Of a stretch of DNA of 64,000 bases, positions 1 through 11,399 are shown one piece after another (position 1 is the first letter of the stretch; every line of letters begins with the position of its first letter). The stretch comes from Blastocladiella emersonii ATCC 22665 (lineage: Eukaryota > Fungi > Blastocladiomycota): contig JANHCV010000011.1 of the NCBI GenBank assembly GCA_025594325.1, forward strand, positions 620,001 through 684,000, read 5' to 3'. The notes beneath the pieces were generated by a model. The model did not search any database, was not told where the DNA came from, and saw only the letters and a list, made by a program, of their open reading frames with translations. Both the position numbers and the translations under genes were made by a program.

Positions 1-345
1 AAACAGAAGCGTGCGGTCGCGGCGGCGGCGAACCGGGTGCGCACCGTGGCGCTGCGCGCGGTCGCGGCGTGCCCGTGGGCGCGCGCCGTGTACGTCGCGG
101 CGGTCAAGGCGGCGGTTGAGGTGGCGTGCCCCGTGATCCCGGTGCACGAGGCGGTCGCGCTGGTCACGGCCATGGGCGAGCGCGGGGTGCGGGTGCGCGC
201 GGCCGTGGATCTCGGCGACGACGAGGAGGAGGCGGCGGCGGAGGCGGTCGGCGGGCTCGTGCCAGGCGCGCTCGTGCCGCGGTACAAGACGGTAGCGGCG
301 GACGAGCTCGAAGCCGAGGTGGACGCGGTCATGGCCGAGCTTTGA
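1..345 (+). CDS. 3' end of a gene continuing from before the window; resembles the C-terminus of NRDE2/Nrl1-family proteins
   Basis: Frame 1 is open from base 1 to TGA at 343-345 with host-like codon bias. RVRTVALRAVAACPWARAVY...LVTAMGERGVRVRAAVD resembles the NRDE2 C-terminal pattern (RAxxxCPWxKxxW...MxEKELxxR). Recognised from memory, not by search. Confidence 0.5.
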   Translation, partial: KQKRAVAAAANRVRTVALRAVAACPWARAVYVAAVKAAVEVACPVIPVHEAVALVTAMGERGVRVRAAVDLGDDEEEAAAEAVGGLVPGALVPRYKTVAADELEAEVDAVMAEL

Positions 346-494
346 AAGACGGTGTGGGTGAGCAACGAATGAGTTTGGCAAGTGTATTATTGAGCACAGC
401 GGATCACATCGTCTAGGAGGAGAGGGAGGGAGATAGACACGACATGAGCGAGAGGAGGAGGCAGGTATCCGCGACACGACACGGTACGCCACGA

Positions 495-1013
495 CTACTG
501 GTGGCCGGCGGGCCGCTGGTCGACCGAGGGCGAGGTGCCTTGCTTGCCCTCGACGAAGCGGCAGAAGTGCGGGAAGGACGAGAGGCGCATGAGCTCAAGC
601 GTCTTGGCCTCGGCGGGGGCGAAGACGGCGGGGTCCGTGACGCCCTTCTGCTGCACGTCCTCGAGCAGCTTCTTGCGGATCACGTTGGGGCAGTTGACCT
701 CCTTGGGGGCGCCGGGGATGACGAAGGTCTGGATGATCTGCAGAATGGCGTTCTTGGCGTCGGCCGAGTCGGGCGCGTAGGCGGCGGTGCGGTACGACTT
801 GACGGCGTCGAGGAACTCGAGGTTCTCCTCCGAGTGCTCGCGCGTGCGCAGGAACTCCTCGAAGGCGGCCAGCGTGTAGGGCGGCTCGAGCTCGTTGGCG
901 AGCAGCGCCAGGAAGTTGCGCGCCTTGTCGCCCGACAGCTTGGACGACAGGGTCGGCGTCGACGACGACGACGTGGCGGCGGGCGCGGCGGCAGCGGGGG
1001 CGGGGGTGGCCAT
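495..1013 (-). CDS. Small RGS-domain protein (regulator of G-protein signalling), ~172 aa
   Basis: ORF 495..1424; likely start is MATPAP (ATG at 1013). RGS motifs: YTLAAFEEFLRTREHSEENLEFL, IIQTFVIPGAPKEVNC and VFAPAEAKTLELMRLSSFPHF. Start choice uncertain. Confidence 0.85.
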   Translation of the reverse strand: MATPAPAAAAPAATSSSSTPTLSSKLSGDKARNFLALLANELEPPYTLAAFEEFLRTREHSEENLEFLDAVKSYRTAAYAPDSADAKNAILQIIQTFVIPGAPKEVNCPNVIRKKLLEDVQQKGVTDPAVFAPAEAKTLELMRLSSFPHFCRFVEGKQGTSPSVDQRPAGHQ

Positions 1014-1741
1014 GGCGAGGACAGAGAGGTCGGTGGTGCGTGACTGGACGAGCAGGAGGGCGGGCGCGAGCGCGGCAGCAAACGTCGATGCGTCGAGTGG
1101 GTGGTGGTGGTGCAAGGTGGCCGCGGGGGCGGATCCAGAGGGCAGAGTCGCGGCAGATGCAGGTGGCAGCGATGGCCGAGATGAAGAGGCGGCGAAGAAG
1201 GAGGGCCACGACGGCGCGCGGCGGCGGCGGCGCGGTGGCGGGCGCGTGTCGGTTTGGGTGGGAGACACGCGGAGCGATATCAGGTTCGTGATCCGCGAAC
1301 GAATCGGGCGGGCCGCCTTGTCCGCCTCCGCCTGTGCTGCTGCTGGGGAAGTCGCCCGCCAGCTGCCGGTCGGCCAGAGCCCGCCAAGCATCCACGGGGC
1401 GCGCGCGGGGGGATGGATGCACAAGGGGAGACGTCACGCGCGCGTGGGGCGGCCGTGTCTCCGAAGGCGGTTCGGGATGCGGGAAGGTGGGAAGCTGGCG
1501 GGAAGGCGGGAGACGGCCCCGCGGCGGCGACCGACCGAGCGGCCCGCCCTGTGGCGCACCGCGAACCGAACAAAGGCACGTGCCGTGTCTCGCATCACGT
1601 GCGCGCGGCGCGTCTCGCAGCTCGGCGCGTGGCGGACCGTCAGGTGCGCGCCTCGCGTGTGGCTCGGCCGTCGGTTGGTCCATCATTTCCCCATCAGCAC
1701 ATGCACCACTGCTCGGGTTGCACTCGCTGAAGGGCCAGGAC

Positions 1742-1747
1742 TATAAA
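1742..1747 (+). promoter_or_regulatory. TATA box (TATAAA) of the 1806 gene
   Basis: CTATAAATT lies 64 nt upstream of a CAACCATGG start, in otherwise GC-rich intergenic DNA. Confidence 0.6.
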
Positions 1748-1805
1748 TTCCGCGGGCCCTCCAGCTTAGGACCTGGACACTAGCGAACTTTGCAACGCAT
1801 CAACC

Positions 1806-2585
1806 ATGGGCCGCACTCAGACCACCTCTCAGCAGAAGAAGCTCGCCTCGCAGGCCTCGGCCACCACGCAGCAGTACAATGCTAAGTCGGCGGTGCAGGC
1901 GACCTCTCGCCCGGCTTCCGCGACGACCAAGGCTGCGGTCGCGAACGCTCGCCCCGCCTCGCCCGTCCAGACGCAGGCTGCGGCTACCCGCCCTGCTTCA
2001 CCCGTCCAGAAGCAGGCCGCGCCCACCGCGACCGGGAAGCAGCAGGCCTCCAAGGCCGCCCAGGCCCCGAAGCAGCAGCAGCTTAAGCAGGCCCAGCCGC
2101 CCGCGACCGTGTCCCGCCCCACGCCTGTCCGCGAGCACCCCGACGACGCCTTCCTCTCGGGCGCCTGGATGTTCGACTCGGCTCGCGCCCCGCAGTGGCT
2201 CGCGTCGCAGCTTCCGCCCGTCAACTACTACAAGAACAAGCCCGCTACGGCTGCCACGCCGGTCAAGGCCGCGCCCCAGAAGCAGCCGCTGCGCCAGGTC
2301 CAGTCGGCGAAGCTTCCTCAGTCGCAGCAGCGCTCCGGCAAAGGCGAGCTGAAGCAGGCCCCCGCCGCGGCCAAGCCGACCAACGAGGTCAAGCTGCTCC
2401 GCGCCATGCAGCGCCAGCGCCAGAGCCGCACCGCCGACCGCTTCGCCAACGGCGAGTGGCAGGTCGACGCCCAGGCCGCGCTTGAGTACCTCAAGGCGCA
2501 CATGGCCAAGCACAACCCGCCCTCGCTCCGCCGCGCCCCGCTCCTCAACCGCAAGCGCGTCTACATCGGCCTCGCCTGCTGGTAG
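1806..2585 (+). CDS. Hypothetical protein, 259 aa, with a Q/A/P/K-rich N-terminus and a short globular-looking C-terminus
   Basis: Intronless ORF with C/G-ending codons, a good start context and an upstream TATA box; no family recognised. Confidence 0.75.
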   Translation: MGRTQTTSQQKKLASQASATTQQYNAKSAVQATSRPASATTKAAVANARPASPVQTQAAATRPASPVQKQAAPTATGKQQASKAAQAPKQQQLKQAQPPATVSRPTPVREHPDDAFLSGAWMFDSARAPQWLASQLPPVNYYKNKPATAATPVKAAPQKQPLRQVQSAKLPQSQQRSGKGELKQAPAAAKPTNEVKLLRAMQRQRQSRTADRFANGEWQVDAQAALEYLKAHMAKHNPPSLRRAPLLNRKRVYIGLACW

Positions 2586-2829
2586 CCCTTGTTGGCGGAA
2601 CGAGTCCGCAATGTATATCCGAACCCGTGTTGTGGGTTCACGTGTAATATAACGGTGATTGAACATCACATCACACGCGTCGAGAGGAGTGAGAGGCGGT
2701 CACGCGAGGGCGCGTCGCGTCGCGTTTCTGCGCTGTCTCCCCGCCCCCGCCTCGTCGGGACCTTCTCGCTGCGCCAACCGGCCCGAACACCCACCACCGC
2801 TGACTGACTGCAACGTATCAACCGCCGCC

Positions 2830-4368
2830 ATGCGCAACAACTTCCAGCACGCGGCCGCGCGCCGCGCCCGCATGGAGTCGCGCGAGCAGGCCAACCGCAA
2901 GCGCGAGTTTGCCCGCGAGGACCTCGTCTCCACCCTCAAGCAGGACAAGGTCCTCTACGACACCTTCACCAACGACGAGCGCCTCGAGATCAACCGCCGC
3001 AACCGCGAGTACCGCAAGTTTGACGAGGAGCAGGCCCTCATCGATGAGCTGCAGCGTGTACGGCTTCGCGCGACACTCGTCCCAGTCGCGTGTCGGCGCC
3101 CTAACGCTTGCCCATGTGTGTAGCAACAAGCCGAGACGGAGCAGCGGCTCGCCGCCAAGCAGCGCAACGAGGAGACGCTGCGGCAGATCCAGGAGCAGCA
3201 CGAGGAGCTGGTGCGCCAGGAGAAGATCCGGCAGAGCATCCGCGAGAGTAGCGTCGAGCTGCGCGAGCTCGAGCAGAAGCTGCACTACGCGTACATGAAC
3301 GCGGAGCGCGCCAAGCAAATCGAGCACCGGCACCTCGCGCGCGGGCAGGAGCAGCAGACCGAGCACGAGTACGCCGAGCAGGTGGCGCGCCAGCTCGAGG
3401 CCGCGGCCGCCGCCGAGAAGGCCGCCGAGGAGACGGCGTGGCGCCAGTCGCGCGCCTACAAGGCGTCGCTGCAGCAGCAGCTCGCCGACCGCGAGGACCG
3501 CAAGCGCGAGGACATGGAGCAGTTCCTGCGCGAAAAGGCCGTCGTCGACGAGCTCATCCAGCGCATCCACGCCGAGGATGCGGCCGAGCAGCAGCGCCGC
3601 CTCGCCCAGCAGCGCACCACCCGCGCCTTCATCGACGAGTACCTCGACGACCGCGCCAAGTGGCTCGCCCAGGAGCGCTCCAAGATCGAGGCCGAGAACG
3701 CCCGTATCGCCGAGTACGTGGCGCAGCAGGATGCGCGCGCCGCCGAGCGCCAGGAGCAGAAGCGCGCCGTCGACGAGGCGCGGTCGCGCGTCTACGCCAC
3801 GCTGGCCCAGAACATTGGCCGCAAGGAGTCGGAGCGCCAGGAGATCGAGGACCTGCGCGTCGAGCTCGCCGAGGCCGAGCAGCGCGAGCGCGAGCAGGAG
3901 AACGACCGCCGCGAGATGCAGCGGCGCATCCAGCAGCGGCTCGACCTCATCGACGCGTACAAGCGCCAGATCGCCGAGAAGCGCATACGCCGCGAGCAGG
4001 AGCGCGAGGAGGAGGAGGTGTTCTGCCAGCGCATGCTCGCCAAGCTCGCCGCCGACGTGCGCTTCGAGCAGTTCACGCGCGAGAAGAAGCGCCTCATGCA
4101 GCTCGAGCACAAGCGCGCCGTCGACGCCATGGTCGAGGACCGCCGCCGCCAGCTCGAGGCCGAGCGCCAGATGGACGAGGACGAGCGCCGCAAGGAGCAG
4201 GAGCTCGAGGCCTTCAAGCAGCGCGTCATCGAGCACGAGCGCCAGCGCCTCCTCCGCGACCACGCCGCCAAGCTGCTCGGATACCTGCCCAAGGGCGTCT
4301 TCAAGGACGAAAAGGACCTCGACCTCTTCGACGAGGAGTTCAAGCGAAAGTTCAAGCAGCTGCAGTGA
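2830..4368 (+). CDS. MNS1: Meiosis-specific nuclear structural protein 1 (TPH-domain axonemal protein); exons 2830-3057 and 3124-4368
   Basis: Long E/R/Q coiled coil ending LLGYLPKGVFKDEKDL, characteristic of MNS1. Phase-0 intron 3058-3123 (GTACGG...CTAAC...TAG) joins the two exons in frame. Confidence 0.9.
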
Positions 4369-4533
4369 TCCGCCGCTCGCGCGCGAGCCGTTCGCGCTCC
4401 CTCCCTCCCTCCCTCCCACTCTGCCAACTAGAACACATACACTCTCCCGCTTGTATCGCACCGCATGCGAGACGCGGCCGAGATGAGAAGTGAGCGAGTG
4501 AGCGAAAGCAGATGTATTCGGGGGCTGTCCCGA

Positions 4534-7500
4534 CTAGAAGAGCGAGCGACACAGCGGGCACGTCGACTGGGGCGACGACTTGAACCACTTGTACAAGCAC
4601 GATCCGTGGAACTTGTGCTTGCACGTCCGGCACGGCTTGTTGGGCAGCGTCTTGCACGACACGCCGACAATCGAGTAGCAGATGGCGCACTCGGTCGCGC
4701 CCTTGGTGTGCAGCTGAATGTTGCGGAGGAAGATCTGCAGCGCCTCGAGGATGGTCGCGTTCTGCACCGACAGGATCGTCTTGCACGACAGCAGCCACCC
4801 GCGCCACTTGCTTTCCGAGACGCCGGCGCGGTCGCCGCCTGCCACCTCGACGGGCCGCAGCGGGTACTGCGCGGGCAGGATCACCTGAAGCTCCATCTCG
4901 GCGTCCTCAATCGTGTACGTCGCCGACACCTGCGCGCCGCCCGTCCCCGACCGCAGCACGCGCACGGTGAGGTCCGTGATCTTGGCGTCGAGCGACGACA
5001 GCTCGTGCTGCAGGATCATGGGCGAGTAGTGCGCGATCGTCAGCTTCTCGACCGCCTTGCACAGGTGCTTGTCGCGCGACTCGGTCCACCACACGCGCAC
5101 GTGCGACGGCGTGTTGACCAGCGCCTGGAAGTACAGGTGCGCGCACAGCAGCCGGATCGCCATGTCGTCGTCGTCGCTCGCGCTCGCGCCCGCTGCTGCT
5201 GCTGCTGACGCGGTCGCCGCCGCCGCCTGCTTGGTCGTGTCCGAGTCGGGGAGCCCGCGCGGCTCGAAGGCCGTCACGTCCCACAGGTCGAGCGCGATGC
5301 CGTGCATGTCGGCGAGCTCGCGGAAGATGAACGACAGCAGCGCGTCAATGTCGACGGCGTCCATCCAGAACATCTTGAGCTGCAACGTCGCGGACTCGAA
5401 GTGGCGGAACACGAGCAGCCACGACAGGAGCCAGCCGAGCTCGATGTGCCCGTGCACGATCGGGTGCGGCGTCGCGAGGTTCTGCTGCAGGAGCGGGTGC
5501 AGCTGGAGCTCCTTGGCGATCTCGTCGTAGTTGGTCACCTCGAGCTGCAGCGACAGCTCCTGCACCTTGAGCCCGACCTTGCGGTACAGCAGGTGGTACG
5601 CGGCGACCTGCACGTGCCGCGCCGTCGACGTCAGCTTGGCGTACAGCTGGCCCTCCTCGAACAGCTCCGACGGGCACTCGGCGACCACCGCGCTGAGCCG
5701 GCGGCACACCACGTTCGGGTGCAGCCACAGCTCGGCCACGCGCTGCTGCAGCACGCCCATCTCCTCGGGGTCGATCTGGACCGTGTCGAGCAGCTCGAGC
5801 GCCACGTCGAGCAGCGCGAGCGCCCATGGGTTCGCCGGCTCGATCCCGTCGAGGAACATCCAGCAGAACTGGCCCGACTGCTCGCACGGGTGCCGCAGGA
5901 GCAGCATCGCCATGTGGACCTGCACCTCGAACTGGTCAAAGTCCGACAGCAGCTCGTCGACGAGCTCGGCAATGCGCTCGGGTGGCGCGATGGCGGGCGA
6001 CGGCGCGAGCTTGGCGGCGTTGAGCAGCATGAGGTAGATCGGGTCGTGCGTCTCGAACAGCGACTGGATCCAGCCCTCGGCCTTGGCCTCGAGCAGCGAC
6101 GAGTCGATGGTCACGCCGGACAGGAGCGCGGCGAGGATGCGCTGCTCGTGCTGCGTGGCCGCCGCGTCGACGAAGCCGAGGATCGTCGCCACGTCGGGCT
6201 GGACCAGGTGCGACAGGAACTGGAGCGCCCACAGCTGCGTCGAGGTCACTGACTCGGCCGAGGCGAGGTACGACTTGTACAGCACGTCGAGCGACGCGGT
6301 GTCGACCTCGTCCGCGAAGCCCGCGACGCGCGTGTCGCCGAGTGCCGCGACGAGGCACACGACCTCGAGCCACTCGGCGCTGAGCGGGTTCCCGCTCACC
6401 TCGCCCGCCGAGAGCACGCGAAGCTTGTCGAGAACCGACGCGAGGACCTCGGGTGCGGGCGCCGTGGGCTGCTTCGAGTTGAGCTCGGGCACATCGGCCC
6501 ACCCGCGGCGGATCGAGACGACGGGCGCGGCCACGAGCACGGCGACGACGAGCGGGTGCACGATGGCCGTGTACGGCGACCCGAGGCGCTTGAAGCACGT
6601 GGACCACGTCGCGGTCGAGATGTCGGGGCGCACGGTCCACGAGGCGAGCTGGTCGACGAGATCGGCGTCCACGGTGACGGAACCCCATTCCTCGTCGGAC
6701 GCGTGCCGCAAAAACCAGGCCGCGACGACGGGGTCCCGCAGCTTGCCAGCGTCGACGAGCAGGGTGAGGAGGCTGGTCAGGTTCTCGGCAACGATCTCGC
6801 TGAACACGGCGGCGCGGTCGACGAAGCCCTGCAGCGCGACGCGAAGCATCGGTAGGTGGGCAGGATCGAGGTGCGTGAGGGCGTACGCCGTCAGCGCGGA
6901 CGAGCGCCGCTTGGGCAAGAAGGGCAGCAGCGAGTCGATCGAGTAGGACGCGCCCTCGGGTCGCGGTGCATCGTGCGAAACGGTTTCGGCGTCGACGGAG
7001 AAGAGCAGCTCGACGACGTGGTCGTCGGCGGGGTCGGAGCAGGCGAGGGCCCACTGCGCGCACGAGAGGCAGTGGGGAAGCGCGGCGCGAATGGCGTCGA
7101 GCGACAGGTACGGTGTCGATGCGCTAGCCACACAGTGCCCGTCGGACGTGGACAGCGAGTAGGTCAGCTCGAGTAGATGGTGACGGGCCTCGGGGCTCTC
7201 GGCGGCGAGCAGCTGGTGCAGGGCGGCGGACAGGACGCGCGGGGCGAGCTCTTCGGCGCTCGAGTGGCCCTTGACCAGCGCAATCGTGCGCGAGACGTTG
7301 AGCGACGCGAGGTCCTGCAGGAGGCACTCGGCCACGGCGTCGGCGTACGGCGCAAACGTCGGGAGCGTGAGGATGGGCAGCACTTGCGCGTCGCTGTGCA
7401 TGCCGGCGGACCAGTCGTTGCGGCGCACGAAGCCAGCGACGAGCTCAATGTACCGCGCGTCGGCGCCCTCGCCGCGGTTCTTGGTGAGCAGGAGCACGTC

Positions 7501-8815
7501 GCGGACAAACGACCAGGTCTCGGGCCCGTGGGCCTGAATAGCCTGAGCCGTGTTGTTGCCCGACCCGAGCCCGTTGCGGATGGCGAGCTTGGTGGCCTTC
7601 CAGACGGCGTCGAGCGAGATCTCGGGCAGCAGCGACAGGAACACGGTGAGGGCGGGGAACACGGCGGGGACCACTGGCGCGGTCTGCGCAATGTACTTGA
7701 GGCACGCCTTGCTCAGCCGCGGGTGCACCTTGGCGGACCGCGCGTACGCGAGGAACCCGGCGTCGCCGCGGAGCTGCTGGATCGTGACCTCCCACAGGTC
7801 GGTCGCGACGGCCGTCTGGGTCTCTGCCCACAGCTGGTCGAGAAGAGCATCGCGCCAGGGGATCGGATCGACGGCGAGGGCGGCGAGCGAGCGCGTGAGG
7901 GTGACCATGGCGCGGCGGACGAGCGGGAAGGGCGACTTGAGCTGCGCGGCGAGCTCGGGCGCGGCAAGCAGTTCCATGGCCTTGTCGTGGCCGGCGAGCA
8001 GCCCAACGGTCTGGAGGGCGCAGGCGACGACGCGGGCGTACTTGGTCTCCATCTCGAGCTGGGTGTGGAAGCGCGGGTCGCTCAGGGTGTCGGGCCGCTT
8101 GACCGTGGTGAGCTGCGTGAGCTCCTCGATCATGGCGTCGCGGCAGAAGCGGAACACCTCGGCGTGCTTTGCCTCGGGGAAGACGGCGTCGAACGAAGCG
8201 GTCGCCAGCGGGGCGACGTCGCGGTCGTAGCGAGCCATGACCCAGGTGGTGATGAGCTCCTTGAGGTACGGCGCGAGCTTCTTCTTGGCGTGAGCCACGA
8301 GCAGCGCGTGCAGCTCGAAGATGAGGATGCGCACACGGCGCTCGTAGTCGGTGCCGAGGCGCGTGAAGATGCGCGGCTACACGGGCGCGGGTCGGGCATC
8401 AGTGCCATCAGTGCCTGAAGCCCGGCAGAACAGTGGCCGGGCCGCGCGGCAAGCGTACCCATTTCGGCAGCAGGTAGGCGATGCAGTCGGTCGCATCGGT
8501 CAGGTAGGCCTTGAGCTCGCTCAGCGCCTTGACCTTGGTGACGGCCTCCTTCTTGGTCAGCTTTCGCAGGATGACCACGAGGTCCGACGGCGTCGCGGGG
8601 TCCATGGCGATGGCCATGAGCGAGTCGAGCCCGGCCGAGTCGTCGGCGGCCGCGGTGCTGCCCGAGCTCGACGAGTCTGGCGACGGCGAGCCCCGCTGCC
8701 CGAGGTGCGCAAACGCCGAGAAGCCGACGAAGCCGCCGACGGCCTGCTGCGCGCTCGCGGACGAGGCCGCCTGGGCGTTGCCCTTGACGCGCTGCGCGGT
8801 GCGATCCTTGCCCAT
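4534..8815 (-). CDS. LTN1: Listerin E3 ubiquitin ligase (ribosome quality control), ~1399 aa; exons 8815-8459 and 8376-4534
   Basis: N-terminus MGKDRTAQRVKGNAQAASS and RKLTKKEAVTKVKAL. C-terminal RWD-like region and RING CAICYS...CRTCKHKFHGSCLYKWFKSSPQSTCPLCRSLF. Intron 8377-8458 (GTACGC...TAG) restores W-PRIFTRL. Confidence 0.95.
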
Positions 8816-9151
8816 GGTGGTCGATGCCGTTGACGAGGAAGGGCGGTCGCGCGGAAGAGCGGCGGATCGCCTGCAGCAGCTTCGTGTCTTCACCCAGAGG
8901 TGGAATGGCAGTCGATCGACCGAGGGGAGGGGGAGGAAGAAGAGGGCCGGTGACGCGGATGGCGGCCGAGTCAACCGCGAGAGGCGCCGAACACCGCGCT
9001 CGCCTGGCGACAGATCATGTGACGCCGCGTGACGTGAAATGCGTTGGCGGCCTCGCGCTCACTGCCCGCCAACCCACGGACCATCCGGAGTCGTGCGTCA
9101 CAGTATGCTCCGGTGCAACCCGAAAACAACGTAATCGCATGCAACGCAACC

Positions 9152-10063
9152 ATGAGTAGCAACTGGGATGTTTTGACGCGCAGCTCGCGCACCTGGACGA
9201 GCAAGCGCAAGACCAAGGCGCAGGACCTTGAGATCACCTTTGACGACACGGCGCGCGCGTATGCATCACCCCGCGACCGAGGCCTAGTGCCACGCTGCTC
9301 GGTGGGACGAACTGCTCACGCTGCGCTCCGCAACTGCGTAGTGAGTACCTGACGGGGTTCCACAAGCGCAATGTCGAGCGGAGGAACAAGCGCGTCGCGC
9401 ACGCCAAGGCCATGGAGCGCAAGGAGCGTAACCAGCAGCGCACCGAGGTACGGATCGAGTCGCGCTGCGGCTGTGGCCTAACCACGCTTGCGTTTGCTCA
9501 CCTCGCGCTTGCCCGACCGTCTCTAGAAACGCCGAGCCTTTGTCGAACTCGCTCGGCAAATGGAGGGTGAGCGCAATGCGCCGGAGAACCCTTCCCTGAG
9601 CGACGACGAGCACGACGAGCAGGCCAACGAGGGCGAGTCGCAGCAGCAGCGCAAGCCCAAGAAGGAGATCGCGTCCTTTGCCAACGACGAGCTCGAGACC
9701 ACCGTGACGGTCACGGAAATGTCGCTGGGAAACGACCTCCCGCTGACGGCGATCCTGGAGGAGGCGCGGGCCAAGCTCCAGGAGTCGCTCGAAGACGAGG
9801 AGAACGACGACAAGAGCGACGGCGACGAGGACGCCACCGTGAGCGGCTTCGCTGCGCCCAAGTCGGACGATGCGGCGGCGCACAAGAAGAAGCACAAGAA
9901 GGTGTTCAAGTACGAGTCGAAAAAAGAGCGCAAGGAGGAGCGCAAGAAGCAGCTCACGGGCTCCAAGACGCTCAACAAGAAGGCCGTCAAGAAGGGCGCC
10001 AAACCAAAGAAAGGCGAAACTAAGCGCAGCGCGCGAAAGGGAGGCGCAGGTGCTGCGTCGTAA
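9152..10063 (+). CDS. RRP17: rRNA-processing protein Rrp17/NOL12, ~249 aa; exons 9152-9258, 9342-9447 and 9527-10063
   Basis: EITFDDTARAEYLTGFHKRNVERR motif after splicing. Two GT-AG introns (9259-9341, 9448-9526) keep the frame; Lys-rich C-terminus. Divergent from LTN1 across 336 bp. Confidence 0.9.
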
Positions 10064-11399
10064 ATAGTTGAAAGATGTATACAATATTCCTTGCCCGTGA
10101 CCACTGCTTCCGTGTGAGCGATTGAAGAGACCAACCAACTTGGCAATGAGTTCAATATCAACAACTTGTAGACAGCATGCACCACCACGTTATGTGACGC
10201 AAGCCGAAACAAAGTAGCAAAGTCCTCGCGTGCATGCTAGACTCGAGCGACTGCAACTGAATAACCAAATCGGAACAAAATCGGGCGGTTTAATAGTTTT
10301 TGAGTGCGAGGGACTTTCGCGTCAGTAAACGACTTCAAAGTCATTAAGTAGAAACAATGGAGCGCTTGAGACTCAAAAAATCAGTAATCCCCGTCAAAAA
10401 ACTCGAGAAAAAACGGAATAGCACGTACTGAGCCAGTGAAGGGCACGCTCGAGGACTGGGGGTGCGAGACGCGTCGATCAATCATGTGACCGCGTGAGAC
10501 GCTTTTATCTTCGCCTTCGCCCTTTCGAGCGGGCATGACGTTTGATTTGCTCTTGCATGTAGAGTCAAGATCCATCGCAATCTTACCTGCATTCAGGCTA
10601 CAGGGCCGTCTCGATGCAGAGATGCTACCCAGTCTGCATGGTTTCCGCGCTCCATACTTTGGCGATATCTGGCTTGCGCAACTCAGCTTTGGGAAGTTGA
10701 GCACGCGCAAGCAGTCACTCTTCAAACATGAAGATGCTGTAGGTAGCAGGAATGTCATGGCGGATCCGTTTTGTCCACTCTCACATCATAGCAGAAGAGC
10801 CATACAGCGCCAACGTTGAAAAGGAACGATCTGGCCTGGCCGTGGCCGTGCGAGCAGCTCGGACCGCGGCGGTCATGTATGTGTTTTTAGAAGCGTGGAA
10901 CCAGATCAATGCTGTTGGTCACTTTGCTCTACGCGCTCACTCGAGACCCACATGTATCCATGAGTTATTCCGCTTTTGGTCCGCCAAGGTGCACGACAGT
11001 GATGCCTTGTTGATTTCTGGGCCACCGTTTGCATCATGCCGCTCCATCGAACGCTTTGCAAGTCAAAAGGCAAGGCAAGGAACGTATCAACTTCTGGTGG
11101 TGTCCGTGTTTTCGTGATGAGCCGGCCCAGCTTGTTCAGCGCCAAAATTGAACTGAAGCTCAGTTGGAGTGAATCGTTGGCGCGCCGGACAAATCACGGT
11201 GCGACACACGCGACGCACAGAACCTGCACCCGCTGCGAAGCAGACAAGCACTGCAAAGTCAAGAAGCGGCGGGCCTGCAGGGGACGAGAGACATACGGAC
11301 TGGCAGGAGATGGACACGGCCTTTCCGAGTTGCACGAGAGTTTTTCATCACTTCAGCTTGTCAGGAGAAATAGAGCAAAGGAATCCAGGCTTTGTGCAA

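Noticed and set aside
2818-4461. 547-aa minus-strand ORF and many other long overlapping ORFs in GC-rich genes and retroelements
   Set aside because: These are antisense or alternate-frame shadows caused by high GC3 and the scarcity of stop codons.
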